A DNA stretch of 64,000 bases from NCBI GenBank assembly GCA_025201805.1, contig MU619259.1, positions 129,594 to 193,593 on the forward strand, written 5' to 3'. Position 1 is the first letter of the stretch. Each line of letters begins with the position of its first letter. The notes under the pieces are model-generated. The model was not told the DNA's origin, did no database searches, and worked only from the letters and a program-made list of their open reading frames with translations. Source of the DNA: Parasitella parasitica NRRL 2501. Its lineage: Eukaryota > Fungi > Mucoromycota. This document shows positions 50,064 to 62,600 of the stretch, piece by piece. Both the position numbers and the translations under genes were made by a program.

Positions 50064-51416
50064 ATGGATACTCTTACTCTCCGCGGAACACTCGAAGGTG
50101 CGTACTTTTATAACACAAAGACGAAGGTTGTTGCCAGTTTGATGTTGGATTTTTGGAAGGAATAGATGGATGGATGCATCGAGCTTAGAGATTAAGGATA
50201 CGCCATGCCAGTTTTTTTTTCTTCTGCTTTTAAATCAGATGCTATATCGCCACAACCCTATCAAAACCCAACATACTAATTCAGCAACCCTTCGTCTTCC
50301 TCTATTGTTTTTGATGCAGTGCTAACCATACTTCTTTTTTTTTTTTTTTTTTTTTTTTTTTTCAATTACTATTATTTAGGTCACGGTAACTGGGGTAAGT
50401 TTCCAGGCGACCAAATTGAATAAATCGACTGAACTAACAATAACACCCTATAGTCACTGCCATTGCTACCACCTCTGAGGCACCCGATATGGTTTTATCA
50501 GCCTCTCGTGATAAGTCTATTATTGTCTGGAATCTTATCAGGTACAAAAAATTGGCAAATCAGCGATTTTTGAATCAAGGAGCTAACGGGATGTTTTTAC
50601 AGAGATGAATTGAACTATGGTATTCCTCGCAAGTCTCTTGTTGGTCACTCTCATTTCGTTGAAGATCTCGCCATCTCATCTGATGGTCAATTTGCTTTGT
50701 CTGCCAGTTGGGATCAGACCTTGAGACTTTGGGACCTCAACACCGGTACCACCACCCGTAGCTTCGTTGGCCACACCAACGACGTCCTCTCAGTCTCCTT
50801 CTCTGCTGATAACCGTCAAATCGTCTCTGGCTCTCGCGATAAATCCATCAAGTTGTGGAACACTCTTGGTGAGTGCAAGTATAATATCACTGAAGATGGT
50901 CACTCTGAGTGGGTTTCTTGCGTTCGTTTCTCTCCTAACCCTGCTAACCCCCTCATCGTTTCCGGTGGTTGGGACAAGCTCGTCAAGGTCTGGGACTTGA
51001 CCAAGATGAAGTTGAGAACCAACTTTATCGGTCACAACGGCTATGTCAACACTGTCACCATCTCTCCTGATGGTTCTCTCTGTGCCTCTGCTGGCAAGGA
51101 CGGTGTTGTCATGCTCTGGGATTTGAACGATGCCAAGCATCTCTACTCTCTCGAAGCTGGATCTGTTGTTCACACTCTCACCTTCTCTCCCAACCGTTAC
51201 TGGCTCTGTGCTGCTACTGCTAACGGTATCAAAATCTGGGACCTCGAATCCAAATCCATTGTTGATGAGCTTCGCCCTGAATTCCCTCAATTGGGTAAGA
51301 GAAAGAACCCTGACCCCGAGTGTTTGTCAGTTTGTTGGAGCGCTGATGGTGCCACTCTCTTCTCTGGCTACACTGATAACATCATCCGTGTCTGGCAAGT
51401 CACCCGTACTCTCTAA
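50064..51416 (+). CDS. ASC1: RACK1 / Asc1 / Cpc2 WD40 40S ribosomal protein, 4 exons
   Basis: LRGTLEG|HGNW|[59 protein letters not shown]. Strong codon bias. A 15-nt microexon lies at 50380-50394. Confidence 0.98.
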
Positions 51417-51522
51417 GTTTCTTAGATTTTACAATAACTGCATCGTTTTTCTTTTCTTGAAAAAAAACTAAAATAAATTGACGAAAATGTCCATTTTTGT
51501 ATCCGTATATTTTGTTGGTTAT

Positions 51523-52481
51523 TTACACTCGACAGTTTGTAAATGCCATGACCATAATATCAGTGGCACCACATTCTGTCAATCTATCTAAAATTTCGCC
51601 CTTTTCTTTTTTGGCAATCATGGCTGAGACAGCCACCCATCCGTCATGGGAATCTAGAGATGATACCGTAGGGCCAAGACGACCAGGTGTGATCTTGCTG
51701 GTAGCAGCTAGGTTCTTGCGCTCGACGTTGTAAGTGCAGAGCACATATCTATGAGCTGTTATGACACCACGTACACGTGATGCAATCTTCTCTATCAAAT
51801 CTGTATGTGCGGATTTCTTGTTGGCAATCAAAACAGATTGAGTTTCCATCAAATCGTAAATATCATGGAGGCCAGCAGCACGCATAGATTCTCCTGTTTC
51901 GACAAGATCAACTATATATATCACGGCAAATATTTAAAGTCTTGATTTACACTAGCATTTTATGGTGTACACATACCAATGCCGTCAGCCAAGCCAAGTG
52001 CGCAAGCAGCCTCAACTGAACCAGAAACATGCTCAATTGTTGTCTTTTTCCCAGCAGCCTCGTCAAGAGGCGCGAATACCTTGGCAGCACAATTAACAAA
52101 ACTGGTAACAATACGCTTACCAACCAAAGACTCCAAAGTCTGATATTCACCCTTCATGGGCACTTCGATGCAAAGTCTGCATTTACCAAAGTCTAACTCT
52201 TGCACTTGGCGAATTTTGTCTTCTACTTTGCTTTCGACGACTATATCTTGGCCGGTGATACCAAGGTCAACGTTACCGTCGCCCACATATTTAGCAATAT
52301 CAGCAGCAGGTAGGAAAATGAGCGCAATTGGCAGATTAGTACAAAGGGCAATATCTTGACGTGAGCTACGATTGAAGTGGATGTCACACCCCTTTAAAAG
52401 GTTGATACATGTTTCGTAAATGCGTCCTTTTTTGGGAACTGCAAACAGCATACGATCCTCCAAATCCTTGACAAATTCCAT
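51523..52481 (-). CDS. HIS1: ATP phosphoribosyltransferase, 2 exons
   Basis: FAVPKKGR, FLPAADIAKYV, DLGITGQD, LDFGKCRL, GSVEAACALGLADGI|VDLVETGESMRAAGL and ITPGRLGPTVS. Confidence 0.97.
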
Positions 52482-52552
52482 ATTGGCAGGTCAGTAAAAT
52501 GTCGCAAATGTTTAAGAGAGGTTATTTTACATTTTATGAAATTTTTCTTTAT

Positions 52553-52561
52553 GTGAGTCAC
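52553..52561. promoter_or_regulatory. Gcn4/CPC-1-type bZIP site (GTGAGTCAC) upstream of HIS1
   Basis: Perfect TGA(G/C)TCA core about 70 bp upstream of the HIS1 ATG, with a CCAAT box at ~52624. Confidence 0.55.
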
Positions 52562-53611
52562 AAAAAATGAAACATATTGGCACAGTGTATATTTAAAAAC
52601 TATTTGAATATGTCTATAAAAGGCCAATCAGATAAGATGTTGAGATTCGTCATACTTCAGTAGCCACGGAAAGAAACAAGCATGTACACCTTGAGCGTAA
52701 AATGAAAAACATGTCGATTTCATATATTTGCTTTTTTTTTTTTTTTTTGGATTTAGTCGGTGCAGAAATACGATCAATCACCGTTTCCTTTTTATATTGG
52801 GATACGAACTTGAGAAGCCTCTAATTTCTTTCTTTGTATATAGCCTTAAGTTAACGGTGCCCCTCATTAAAATAATGCTCAATCATATGTGATATAGTGT
52901 ATACTTTGTTGTTGGAAGTGAACCTGATGGTTTTTTTTTAGAAAATTTAAATGTAGCTCCGCTGTCAAACCGGACCTTTAAAATTCAGGGCATATCAATC
53001 ATTGGCTAAATTGTATTCACAGTTCAGGAACAGACAAATTATATACTCTTTTTTTTTTTTTTGGCTTCAAGCAGCAATTTATGTAAAGCTGTATTATCTA
53101 TATTAATTCGTACTGCAAGGAAAAACAAAAGGTATCAGCAGACGCTATGAGATTAGACAATATAAACTTTGAAAAGTTTGACTATTGAATATACACTGAC
53201 TTTGCTTCTATAATGCAAATGCACCGTAATATTCTTTTCCTGATTCATAAGGAAAAAAACGAGTCGAAGCTGTTTTTAATTGTAAAGCAGACTCTTCTGC
53301 ATAGATACGTTTGTACATATTTAAAGTAATGATACATTTTACATACCCAATTTGCACATGTTTATGTATATGCAGTTCTCTTACTTTTTAATGCAGATCC
53401 TTGCAAAAGCACTACTATTTTTAGGTAAACTACATATGAATAAGGTTTCGTAGCTAACAATATTGTTTCAATCGATGAAGGTCAGAGAAGAGGGGGGTGG
53501 GGGTGGGATTGCATTCTAATGAACAACTTGAACAGCATGTACATGCATAATGGTATATGAGAATCTTTTGCTGTTTTGTTTTTTATGAATTAATTTAATA
53601 AAAAGAGCAGA

Positions 53612-55330
53612 TTATTTGATAATTCGTATTTGGTGATGTAAATCTTCTTTCATGATCGTAGAAGTCGAGGAAGTAGCAGCAGCCTTCTTCTTTCTCTCTT
53701 GATAACCATTCACTAACAAGACGGCCATTGTAGAAAAGAAGCCAATCCCCGACAACGCAATGAGCAAAATGAGGCATATTTGCACAGTATTAGCACCATG
53801 ATTTTGATGTATCGCAGATACTTTGGTGACATTATCTACGGAAAGTAAGATGTCTACATCCTTCCCACTTGAAGCCCTGCAGCAAGCACTGGCGTCTGCA
53901 AATCCAATCCGACTAATTTTTTTATGCACTGCATCCTCTTCTCTACCTCGATCAAAAATTACAGTTTTTCCTCGGAAAAGCGTATTGCCTAATATTGTAG
54001 ATGCCATATTACCGCCACCACCACTGTTAGAGAATCCAGTCCAACTGATGTTGACCCAGTCGGGCATCTGCTCACCGAAATCACGAATATTTAGAATGTT
54101 CTCGATAGGCAACGAGACCACTTGGTTGCCTTCAAATGCAATGGCAATGGATACACTATGCGATATGGTCAAGGCGTTTTTAGGCAGACTTAATTGAGCA
54201 TGATCAAGCCAAAAGGACCTCTCATGTTCTTTTGAGACAGAATCATCAAACTGGACCAATTTGCTGTGCCATAATGCATAAAGCAGCTTTTGCAGGTTCT
54301 ATGTTGATGTTAATAGCAGGTTCACGATTTCATAATAATAATAATAACAACAACAAAAAAAGATTATTACTTGTGGTGTGAGTACAATGTCCTTTGTGCC
54401 GGTATCAATGATAGTTCTTGGCACATTCATTTGTTCCATATCAGGCACAGTTTTGCCGTTTACCAGGAAATGATTAATTTTTACTTCATAATAACGACTA
54501 TGGGATAATGGGACCCATACAATTTCACTTCCAACCGATTGACTCGGATACCCTCCTAGCCAGAAATGGCCATCACGTCGACAAGCTTTCTCTGAAGGTT
54601 GCTGCTGCTGCTGCTGCTGCTGTACATGTCGCATTGTGCTATTCAGACCAAGGAAATTAAATTCTTGAGCAAAAGCAGGATCCACAGCAGATTTAGGGCA
54701 TATTTGAACCGTAAACGCATTCGGCAGGCCTTTTTCTCGTCGGATCGAATCGAACAAGGTCAGTTTTTGCTGTTCGCTATTGGAGGTATTGCCATTGCTT
54801 TTCCGAGGCTTTGTTTGAAGCGACGGATGGGCTAGACCCCAAATGCCTTGGTTCTTAGAGCATCGTGGTATGAAGAACGACTGGTGATCCGTAATTACGT
54901 CGATTCTTGCGAATGCTTGCTGTACATGGTCAAAGCTGATTAACTGGCCAGTTGCATATCCCTTCCAGGAAGAGTGGAGCTTGGCATTGCCGTAGCTGGC
55001 ATTGACGGTATCAAAGTTATAAGAGTGAGGTATTGGTAAATAAGGTTTCTGGACAAAAGAGCAGTTTTCTGACGAGCACAAGTCAGAAATCACGGCGGTG
55101 TTTGCAGAGCCAGTGTCCAACACCAAGTTCATCAGTGTAGATCCTATGGTTAATTGTGCATGATAATCACATTCTGGATTACCATAAAGGTCTAAATGGG
55201 CTGTCCAAGGCTGCTGCTGCTGCTGCTGCTGTTGTTGTTGTTGTTGTTGCTGCTGTTGTTGCTCGCTGTTCTGCATAATGAAAATTATGGTAAAAAGGCT
55301 AAATCATATTGAAATTTGAATCCAACTCAT
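53612..55330 (-). CDS. BACE (beta-secretase)-like pepsin-family aspartic protease with C-terminal TM, 2 exons; in-frame TGA in the predicted signal peptide
   Basis: Catalytic LDTGSANTAV and IIDTGT motifs, GIWGLAH, ILGN, FDR...RIGFA and TM LILLIALSGIGFFSTMAVLLV. ATG 55330 is in frame with ATG 55276 but TGA occurs at 55304-55306. Confidence 0.85.
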
Positions 55331-55867
55331 AATTTTGGCTGTCGCATGTTTATTCCGTTCTCTATTATTTGAATAGCCTGTGTGTTAATATTAAGAGGAC
55401 AAAACAAACATTCGACTGCTATTTTTAGCAAATTGTCTGTGGTCTATTGTTAAATGGCAAGTTTTTTGTAAGATGGACAATTTATGTATACGATTTATTA
55501 GGAAAAAAAAGCATGATAAGTTATAGAATAAAGCAAAAAATAAATGAAAAGATTGAAATTTACAACGAGCAAACAGTAATAATGATGAAATTTACACATA
55601 AACAAAGGAAAAGGGGAGTAGGGAAGTAGTAGCAGAAGTAAAAGTAGAAATAGTGATAGTAATAGTAGTAGAAGAGATCATCTGAGAAAATAATGTAACA
55701 GTTAAATACATAAGAAAATACAGAAACATATAAGAAAAGGGAGCATATTAACAAAAAAAAAAAAAACTATAAACAATGTGATAAAAAGGGCATATATGAA
55801 AAATAAAAGGATATGATCAAGGAGAGTAATTATGTAAAAGAAAGTATGTAAAAAAGACGAGAAAAGT

Positions 55868-57043
55868 CTAGACCACGACTTGGATGTAATGGGGGTCTAG
55901 ATTGCTGGTATTGGGGCCCTTTTGAGGTGAGAAAAAAGTGTCAGAGGAAGCAATGACTGTACCAGCATGATCTGTCAAGATGCTGCTATTGCTGCTGCTG
56001 CTGCTGTTGCTGCTGTTGCTGCTGGACATGGTGTCTTCATTGGGCGTTTGAGGTGGTGAGGGTAAGTCGGCAACAATAGGCTTATTAAAGAAATCCAATT
56101 CGGTAGGTCTTTTCTTAGCTTTCGTTGTTCTTCTGGTGCCCAGTGCCATCAGGGATTCGTATTCGTCAACTTCCTCTGTGCGAGTGAAATATTTACAATT
56201 TTTGATTTCTATATACAATTGATCCAAGGAAATTCTGTGGAGAGGATTGATACAAAAGATGCGCTTGAGGATTTTGTTGAGCTGAGCAGAGATTGGCAGG
56301 ATCTTGAGCAAAAGATTAGGGTCTTGCAGAAATCCACGAAATGTATCGTCGTCTAGTGAAGCTAATTTCCAGGGGTTACGGCCTGCGGATAAATTGATCA
56401 AAATGATGCCTAGCGCCCAAACATCGTTAGGAGCTGTTGCATAACCGACTTGTCTCTGTCTGTTCAGGCCGCCTTGACACTCGGGAGAAAAGTAAAAGGT
56501 GGATCCACAGCCAAAGTCTTTTGAAATAGCATCAGTCGTAGCTAATCCGAAATCTGCAAGCTTAACTGTTTCTCCGCCGTTGAACACAAGGACGTTTTCA
56601 GGCTTCAGGTCTCGATGATAGATGTGGCTGGCATGAGTATAGCGCACAGCATCAATGAGTTGCAAAAAGACATGTCGGATGAGCTGGTGGTTTCCATAGT
56701 AGAGGCCCTTTTCGGTGATGGCAGAAAAAAGATCGCCCTCAGATCCAAATTCAAGAATGGCGTGCGTCCATTCGCTCGTCTGCACTACTTTTTCGAGGCG
56801 AATGATGTTTGGGTGGTCGGAGAGGTGTGAGTGCAATGTGATTTCGTTTCGCTGGAAAGCAAGTTGGCGGGAATCATGGCCTCCACGATAAAAGGATTTA
56901 ATGGCATATCTTTTGAATGTTTGAATATGGCGAGCCATGTAGACTTGGCCGTACGGGCCAATGCTCAAGACTTTTGCGATTTGAAAGTCTTGAATGACTG
57001 TCCCGATGGGCAATTGAGGAACTGAGATGTTTGAAGTTGGCAT
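55868..57043 (-). CDS. Ran1/Pat1/Sks1-family Ser/Thr kinase, single exon
   Basis: GPYGQVY, YAIK, YHRDLKPENVL, LADFGLATT...DFGCGSTFYFSPEC, NDVWALGIILINLSAGRNPW. Confidence 0.92.
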   Translation of the reverse strand: MPTSNISVPQLPIGTVIQDFQIAKVLSIGPYGQVYMARHIQTFKRYAIKSFYRGGHDSRQLAFQRNEITLHSHLSDHPNIIRLEKVVQTSEWTHAILEFGSEGDLFSAITEKGLYYGNHQLIRHVFLQLIDAVRYTHASHIYHRDLKPENVLVFNGGETVKLADFGLATTDAISKDFGCGSTFYFSPECQGGLNRQRQVGYATAPNDVWALGIILINLSAGRNPWKLASLDDDTFRGFLQDPNLLLKILPISAQLNKILKRIFCINPLHRISLDQLYIEIKNCKYFTRTEEVDEYESLMALGTRRTTKAKKRPTELDFFNKPIVADLPSPPQTPNEDTMSSSNSSNSSSSSNSSILTDHAGTVIASSDTFFSPQKGPNTSNLDPHYIQVVV

Positions 57044-57376
57044 TTTTTTGTAATGTGAATGTGGAAAAGAAATGGGTAAAAGCAAATCAAGAAATGAAGG
57101 CCCCTTTTATACAAAATCACAGTTCATTTGGGGGGTTTGCGCCAGGCTGGGGGGGGGGAGGAGGGGAGGGCGTGATAAGTGATAAAACATAGAAAAAAAA
57201 ACGTGCCCGTTCATTAAGGAGCAATGTGTATGAATTTACCAAAAATATCTCACTCTGCTTTAACGTCACTGTGTATTGCACTTGTCCAATTAGAGCATAA
57301 CTATTTCGCCCTCTCTTTTTAACATCACTAAAAAAAAAAAAAAAAAAACCTTTTTTTAATTTTGCCACATTTATAC

Positions 57377-59602
57377 ATGCGCTCTCATTCATCATCACTC
57401 ATCATTCGAGCGCTATTCCTCCTCGGTGCAAGTCTCTTTCTGGCAGATGCAGCCCTCCATGAGCCGAATCCTTTGCCGGTAGGGACTGAGAGAAAACGAG
57501 ATAAGAATAGATTTTTTATTGTTGTTGCAACATGTAGAGCCTCGCACCTGTAAATGCCGAGCAGCTATTCGCCATGCTCCAAAGAGGCGCAGATCATGAA
57601 AAGGAATTGACGATAAAAAAGAACCAGCTATTTGAATCAATCAAGGCTGTGCACGGCGAGTCCAGCGACGAGCTTTATGCCCTGGCCGGCGTCCAATTGG
57701 AAGACTACCAAGCGTTCGAGTCGTTTGTCTTTGGCATACTGCAAGTGTATCAGCAAACTGTGAGCCAGGAACCGTTCAAGTCTTCGTACGATTTCAGAAG
57801 TCCTGCTCTAAAACTAACGTTCGGTTTTCAGCGCGCTGTAAAAATATCACACCAGAGGCTGAAATCAGCTGCCGGCAGCTTTTCGGATAAGGATTCACAT
57901 CAGCACCAGCAGCAGCAGAATCCTGGATTGGGTGTGGACCAAGAGAGGGAATCCATGAGGCAGGTACTACATGGAATGCTCAAGGAAGTTAGCGACAAGG
58001 CGGACCAGTTGGAGGAGGACATGCACCAGAATAACATTGTCTTTACCGTGGACGACGGCCGTGTGGAAACTGTGCTGAAATTCCGCGACGAAAACCTGGT
58101 CAATCTGGTAGACCAAGACAGCAACGAATACGTCATGATGAAGCCGTCAGACTCCACTGTCATTATCGAGGGTAACAAAGGGAGCATCGTGCTAGACGTA
58201 GTGAATGGATATGCTTACATAATCATATTATAGACGTTCGGTTGATCCACGACTTTATCCTTATCCTTGTCACTTCCTTTGTTTTGGGCTGGATGTTTAC
58301 GTGGATCGGATTGCCAGGTATGTTTTATTGTATGATGCTGATGCGCTTTTTATTGCTGACGTTTGTATATATTTACATACATACATACATACACACTCGA
58401 AAAGCCTTTTTTGGGTACATCCTTGCGGGTATTTTTATAGGGCCTTCAGGCTACAATCTGATCCAAGAGCTGATCCAGATCGAGACATTGGCACAGCTGG
58501 GAGTCGTTTTGATCGTACTTGTACTGGGCCTAGAATTCTCGTTGGAGAAAATAAAGAAAATGTGGAGGCTGGCATTGGGCGGGGCCATGACCATACTGCT
58601 TGTTACAGTTGTCTTTTTCTGCTTGATGGGCCTCATTATCGGAGCCGACACTAAAGAGGCAGTTTTTGTCGGTGCTTGCATTAGCTTGAGTTCGACAGCC
58701 GTGGTTGTGAAATGCATCAAGCTAGACCAGTTGGAGCATTTGTATGGGCTACTAGTGATGCAGGATGTTATTTTAGGCTTCATGTTGGTGAGTTTATCCA
58801 AGTGCTTGCGCAAGTGCATCTTGCTAATTTATGCTATTAGGCTATTATCCCTGCTCTCTCCAAATCAGGAATTCAGGTCGTTTTCGCAGTGCTTCGGATT
58901 AGCCTATCGTTTGCTATATTCGGCCTTGTTTGCTTTAGTATTGTTCGATTGATCCCTATTATTCCTCGTGTTGTTCGACGTGCTATTCCCATTCAATCGA
59001 TTTCCAACAACCACGAACTCATGCTTCTAGGTACTATGGCAGTATGCATGACTATGTTGATTATCTCTGAACATTTAGGGCTTGGTATGGAGCTGGGCTG
59101 CTTTGCTGCTGGTGTGATTATCCGGTCTCGTAAAGGCATGTTTGAGACGTCTCTCAAGGTAATCGAACCTGTCCGCGATATGTTTGCTTGCTTGTTTTTT
59201 GCTTCTATTGGATTGCACATCTACCCTTCGTTTCTGGCTTCAGAGGCCATGCTGCTGCTGACATTGGCGGCTGGCGTTATTGGCTTCAAATACGTTGCTA
59301 TCTGCGTTATTCTGTATCTGTTCAAATTCGACATACACAAGTCGTCTGCCATGGCCATTGCTCTGGCGCAAATATCTGAATTCGGCTTTGTTTTGGCCTC
59401 CCGTGCCAAGCAACTAAGCATCATCTCTCGCGAGGTGTACTATTTGCTGCTGGCTACAACTGCCATCACGCTGATCGCTACCCCGCTCATTCTAAAACTA
59501 ACAAACACGACAAAGAGACAGGATACCCATGAAATTCTTCACCATCAAAAAAGTCATGATGCTGTTTCGATAGAACTCACTGATGCGGAGAAACTTGCGT
59601 AA
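57377..59602 (+). CDS. TMCO3/KEA4-6-like CPA2 cation/H+ antiporter with signal peptide and lumenal N-terminal domain, multi-exon
   Basis: Signal peptide, then GYILAGIFIGPSG, LVLGLEFS, SLSSTAVV, LVMQDVILG, ELGCFAAGV, EPVRDMFACLFFASIG and LAQISEFGFVL. Confidence 0.9.
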
Positions 59603-62600
59603 AGACATATCTTTATTACATTACATTTACATGCTTTTACATCATACACACACCATAAATCACATTTAATAAACCCATTTCATTCGCATATTCTTTTACT
59701 TGTGTATAAGTAATCAAGGGGTGGGGGGGGAGGAGAAGGAAGAGCTCACGGGTTCACGGGAAGATGGGGGATTCAGGGGAAAGGAGGAGGAGAGCACTGT
59801 TGTTCCCTTTTTTGGGGAAAACCTGTTTGTGCATTGCTATATCATCATTTTGTATAATGATCAATCAATCGGTGTATTGCGTTTTGTTTTGTATATACTC
59901 ATGTAGTGTAATTTGTAAATTCTTGAGCTTGCATTTATATTTATAACTTTATGACTCTTAGACATGTGAAGAGGGGAATGCCAGCAGATAAAAATAGCTA
60001 AAAACGAGTTTATTTCAATTCCATTGGATCTATCCACATAAATATATATACGGCTTGGTCTGTGTGCTATGTGTCCAGTTCTGCACATGTACCTTATATA
60101 ACATGAAATAGCATGAAACCCTTTTTCATACATGTGTAGCGTCCAAATTGGAAGTGTGCATAGATAACAGCGCTTGCTCCATACTTTTTTCTATAGTAGT
60201 CAATGGGACCGTTCACGGCTGGAGCACATGTTTACTATGCATGCACGGCTATATAAATATACCCAAGACACTTTTGCCAAGAGCGGTCCATCAAGACAAT
60301 GTTCGAGGCACTTTCTTCTGTCTTAATTAAATGGAAAAGCTGACTCACTGACACTATGAAACGAGCGGTTTCCAGGCCACCGCAATTAATATGCATTCAG
60401 ATGCCATTTATGTTGTATTTTTCCAGCTTACACTGATGAATTAGCTGGCAGAAAATTTCCCTGGATATTTATTCCAGATCATTACACTACTTTCGATATT
60501 CAATCCATGGCCATATGATACATAGTACACATGTTCAATTGACTACGATAATATCGACTTGTGTCTAGAATAAATGGGCGCCAACCCATGCCAAAGAAGC
60601 CAAAATTGGTTCAAACCCTTGAAACCCTTGAAACCCTTTAGACTTCTCGAGCAAACGTCCTTCAGTCTAAGCTGAGGACTTGAACAAAGGATCAGCTTGT
60701 CTTGAACTGAAAAATGCTCTTCTTCTGTTCATAAACTAACAGTTACATTGTGAGGTATTTTCTAGAAATATTAACCTTGGGATCTATTGTTCAATTTGAT
60801 TTAATCAGTAAATTGTCTCGTAGACACATTCAATGCCTAAATGAACGATTTCCTTCCTTATTCTCAACGGTTACCACAAAATTACCCCGTTTCTTGGTTT
60901 GTTGAGTAAAGACGATAGCGCATGAGATTACTGTCGATGGAGCAAGATGAGTTGCATAGTTGAGATCAGGCGACCTCAAAAGTGCCAGGAGACATATGAT
61001 GGCTTTTCACTCATGATACAGTGCTTCATTTGTTTTCTTTCATGGAAAATTGCAGGGTGTACATCCCCTATCATCGACAAGTTGAAAGCTGCCGCTATTA
61101 GCTTAATTCATTTATCTTTAAAAAGATAGATACAACTTCAAGAGTATCTAAACAATAGAGACAAGTAATTTTGGACATGTCGAAACTTTGGTATGCCAAA
61201 GTAAGATTGACAGATGTAGCGCCACTTTATACGATGATACAAAGGTAATAAATACGAAAGGAAATGTGTAAAGTATACGCGAGCTTTAGGGCCTGATAAT
61301 CTACAGAGATAATAGTAAAGCAGATCATTTTACGTTTTCATGTTGTAGCAGATCCTTTCCATATTGTAGAAATGGGTATTTGTCTATTTAAAGTTATGAA
61401 AAGAGGCTTGACCGATTTTACAATGTATTCTATTATGTGTCTATTCAATATTTAATTAGGAAGTATACTATAGTGCTAAATGGTTTGTCTGTTATTTTGA
61501 CAGCAAGTCTCATGGTGCCTGATGCACGCATGCTGCTTGCTGCTGCTGCTGCTGCTGCTGCAAAAATAGTTTTGAATGCTGTCGCATTTTCGTGAAAAAT
61601 GCGCTACCCCGAATTTTATTTTATTTAAATTTGTTGATAACCCCAAAAATTATCAAGCAAACGCATACCGAGTTTTACTAATTTTTAAAAGTATATTTGA
61701 TTGCGCATCGCATGGTATGAATTACACGAACAAGTGTTATTAAAAAACAATCAGGAAATTTAAAAAGTAAAAATGACAGCTTGTTTGTATATATCTGGTC
61801 AAGAGCAATTGTCAAATAAATGTTTGCGAGTCAATTTCTATTTAATTACGGCTATTTGAACTTTGAGACAATATAAGAAAAAGTCGCTAAAAATTGAATT
61901 TTAAGAAATCAACGGTTTCACGAGTACTAGCAAGGACTTGTGATCATAGTTTTTATCAGAAAAAGTGGAACAAAAAACGTGGTATGATGCTGCACGATCA
62001 GTGAATTCTTTCTGTACCAATTTCAGCTCGTGAACCTCGCGATAAATTACTTTAAAATGTAAAATTTTCACAACTGTTAGTGAGGATCGTCAATTGTATA
62101 GATAATAATAAACCGCTTTATTGTTGAATCCACATGTCTTCATAGACCATTGTTGTGTTAATTAAAGTGCCTATTTGTGTTTTGGTGTCACAACAACATT
62201 AGGTACATTCAGATATTTCTTGCATTAAATGATCAGCATTGTTGTGGAGATATATCCCCCCGCCAAATTTTCATTGTCTGGTTCTTTTTTTCACCTCTGT
62301 TGTATATGTATACATTGTTGGCGATCACTTGAATTACTTTATTATTCCTTCAGGAGGCTATACAGATGCAAGGTTATTTGATTAATTAATTGTATATTGG
62401 ACGAATGTTATGAAGATACCAAGGATAGGTATATTAATCATCATTTAGTTGTACGATGTGTGTTCATTGTTTAAACGTATTTTGTGCACGAATAATTGTA
62501 TTGTTTATAATAAGAAACTTTTCTTTTGAAACTCTTATGACCCCATTTCAAAATCTAGCTTGGCCCAACATCAGGTAAAAAAAAGCAATCATCATAAACA

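Noticed and set aside
50098-50379. U24-like C/D snoRNA in the RACK1 intron, as in yeast ASC1
   Set aside because: Only a weak TGATGT C-box-like word. No CTGA D box and no recognisable U24 guide sequence.
50790-51290. 166-aa antisense ORF opposite RACK1, and similar shadow ORFs over other genes
   Set aside because: Explained by codon bias of the sense gene. No independent start context or protein motif.
52856-52930. TPP-riboswitch-like words GGTGCCC...GAACCTGAT
   Set aside because: The essential CTGAGA junction and P1-P5 pairing are missing, and no thiamine gene is adjacent.
60613-60638. (AAACCCTTG)x3 as an interstitial telomere seed
   Set aside because: Only about three units with no independent evidence for the telomere motif. 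An ordinary minisatellite.
61320-61460. Peptide VVADPFHIV resembling an ISL3-type transposase motif
   Set aside because: A single short motif in a stop-riddled frame with no other transposase features or terminal repeats.
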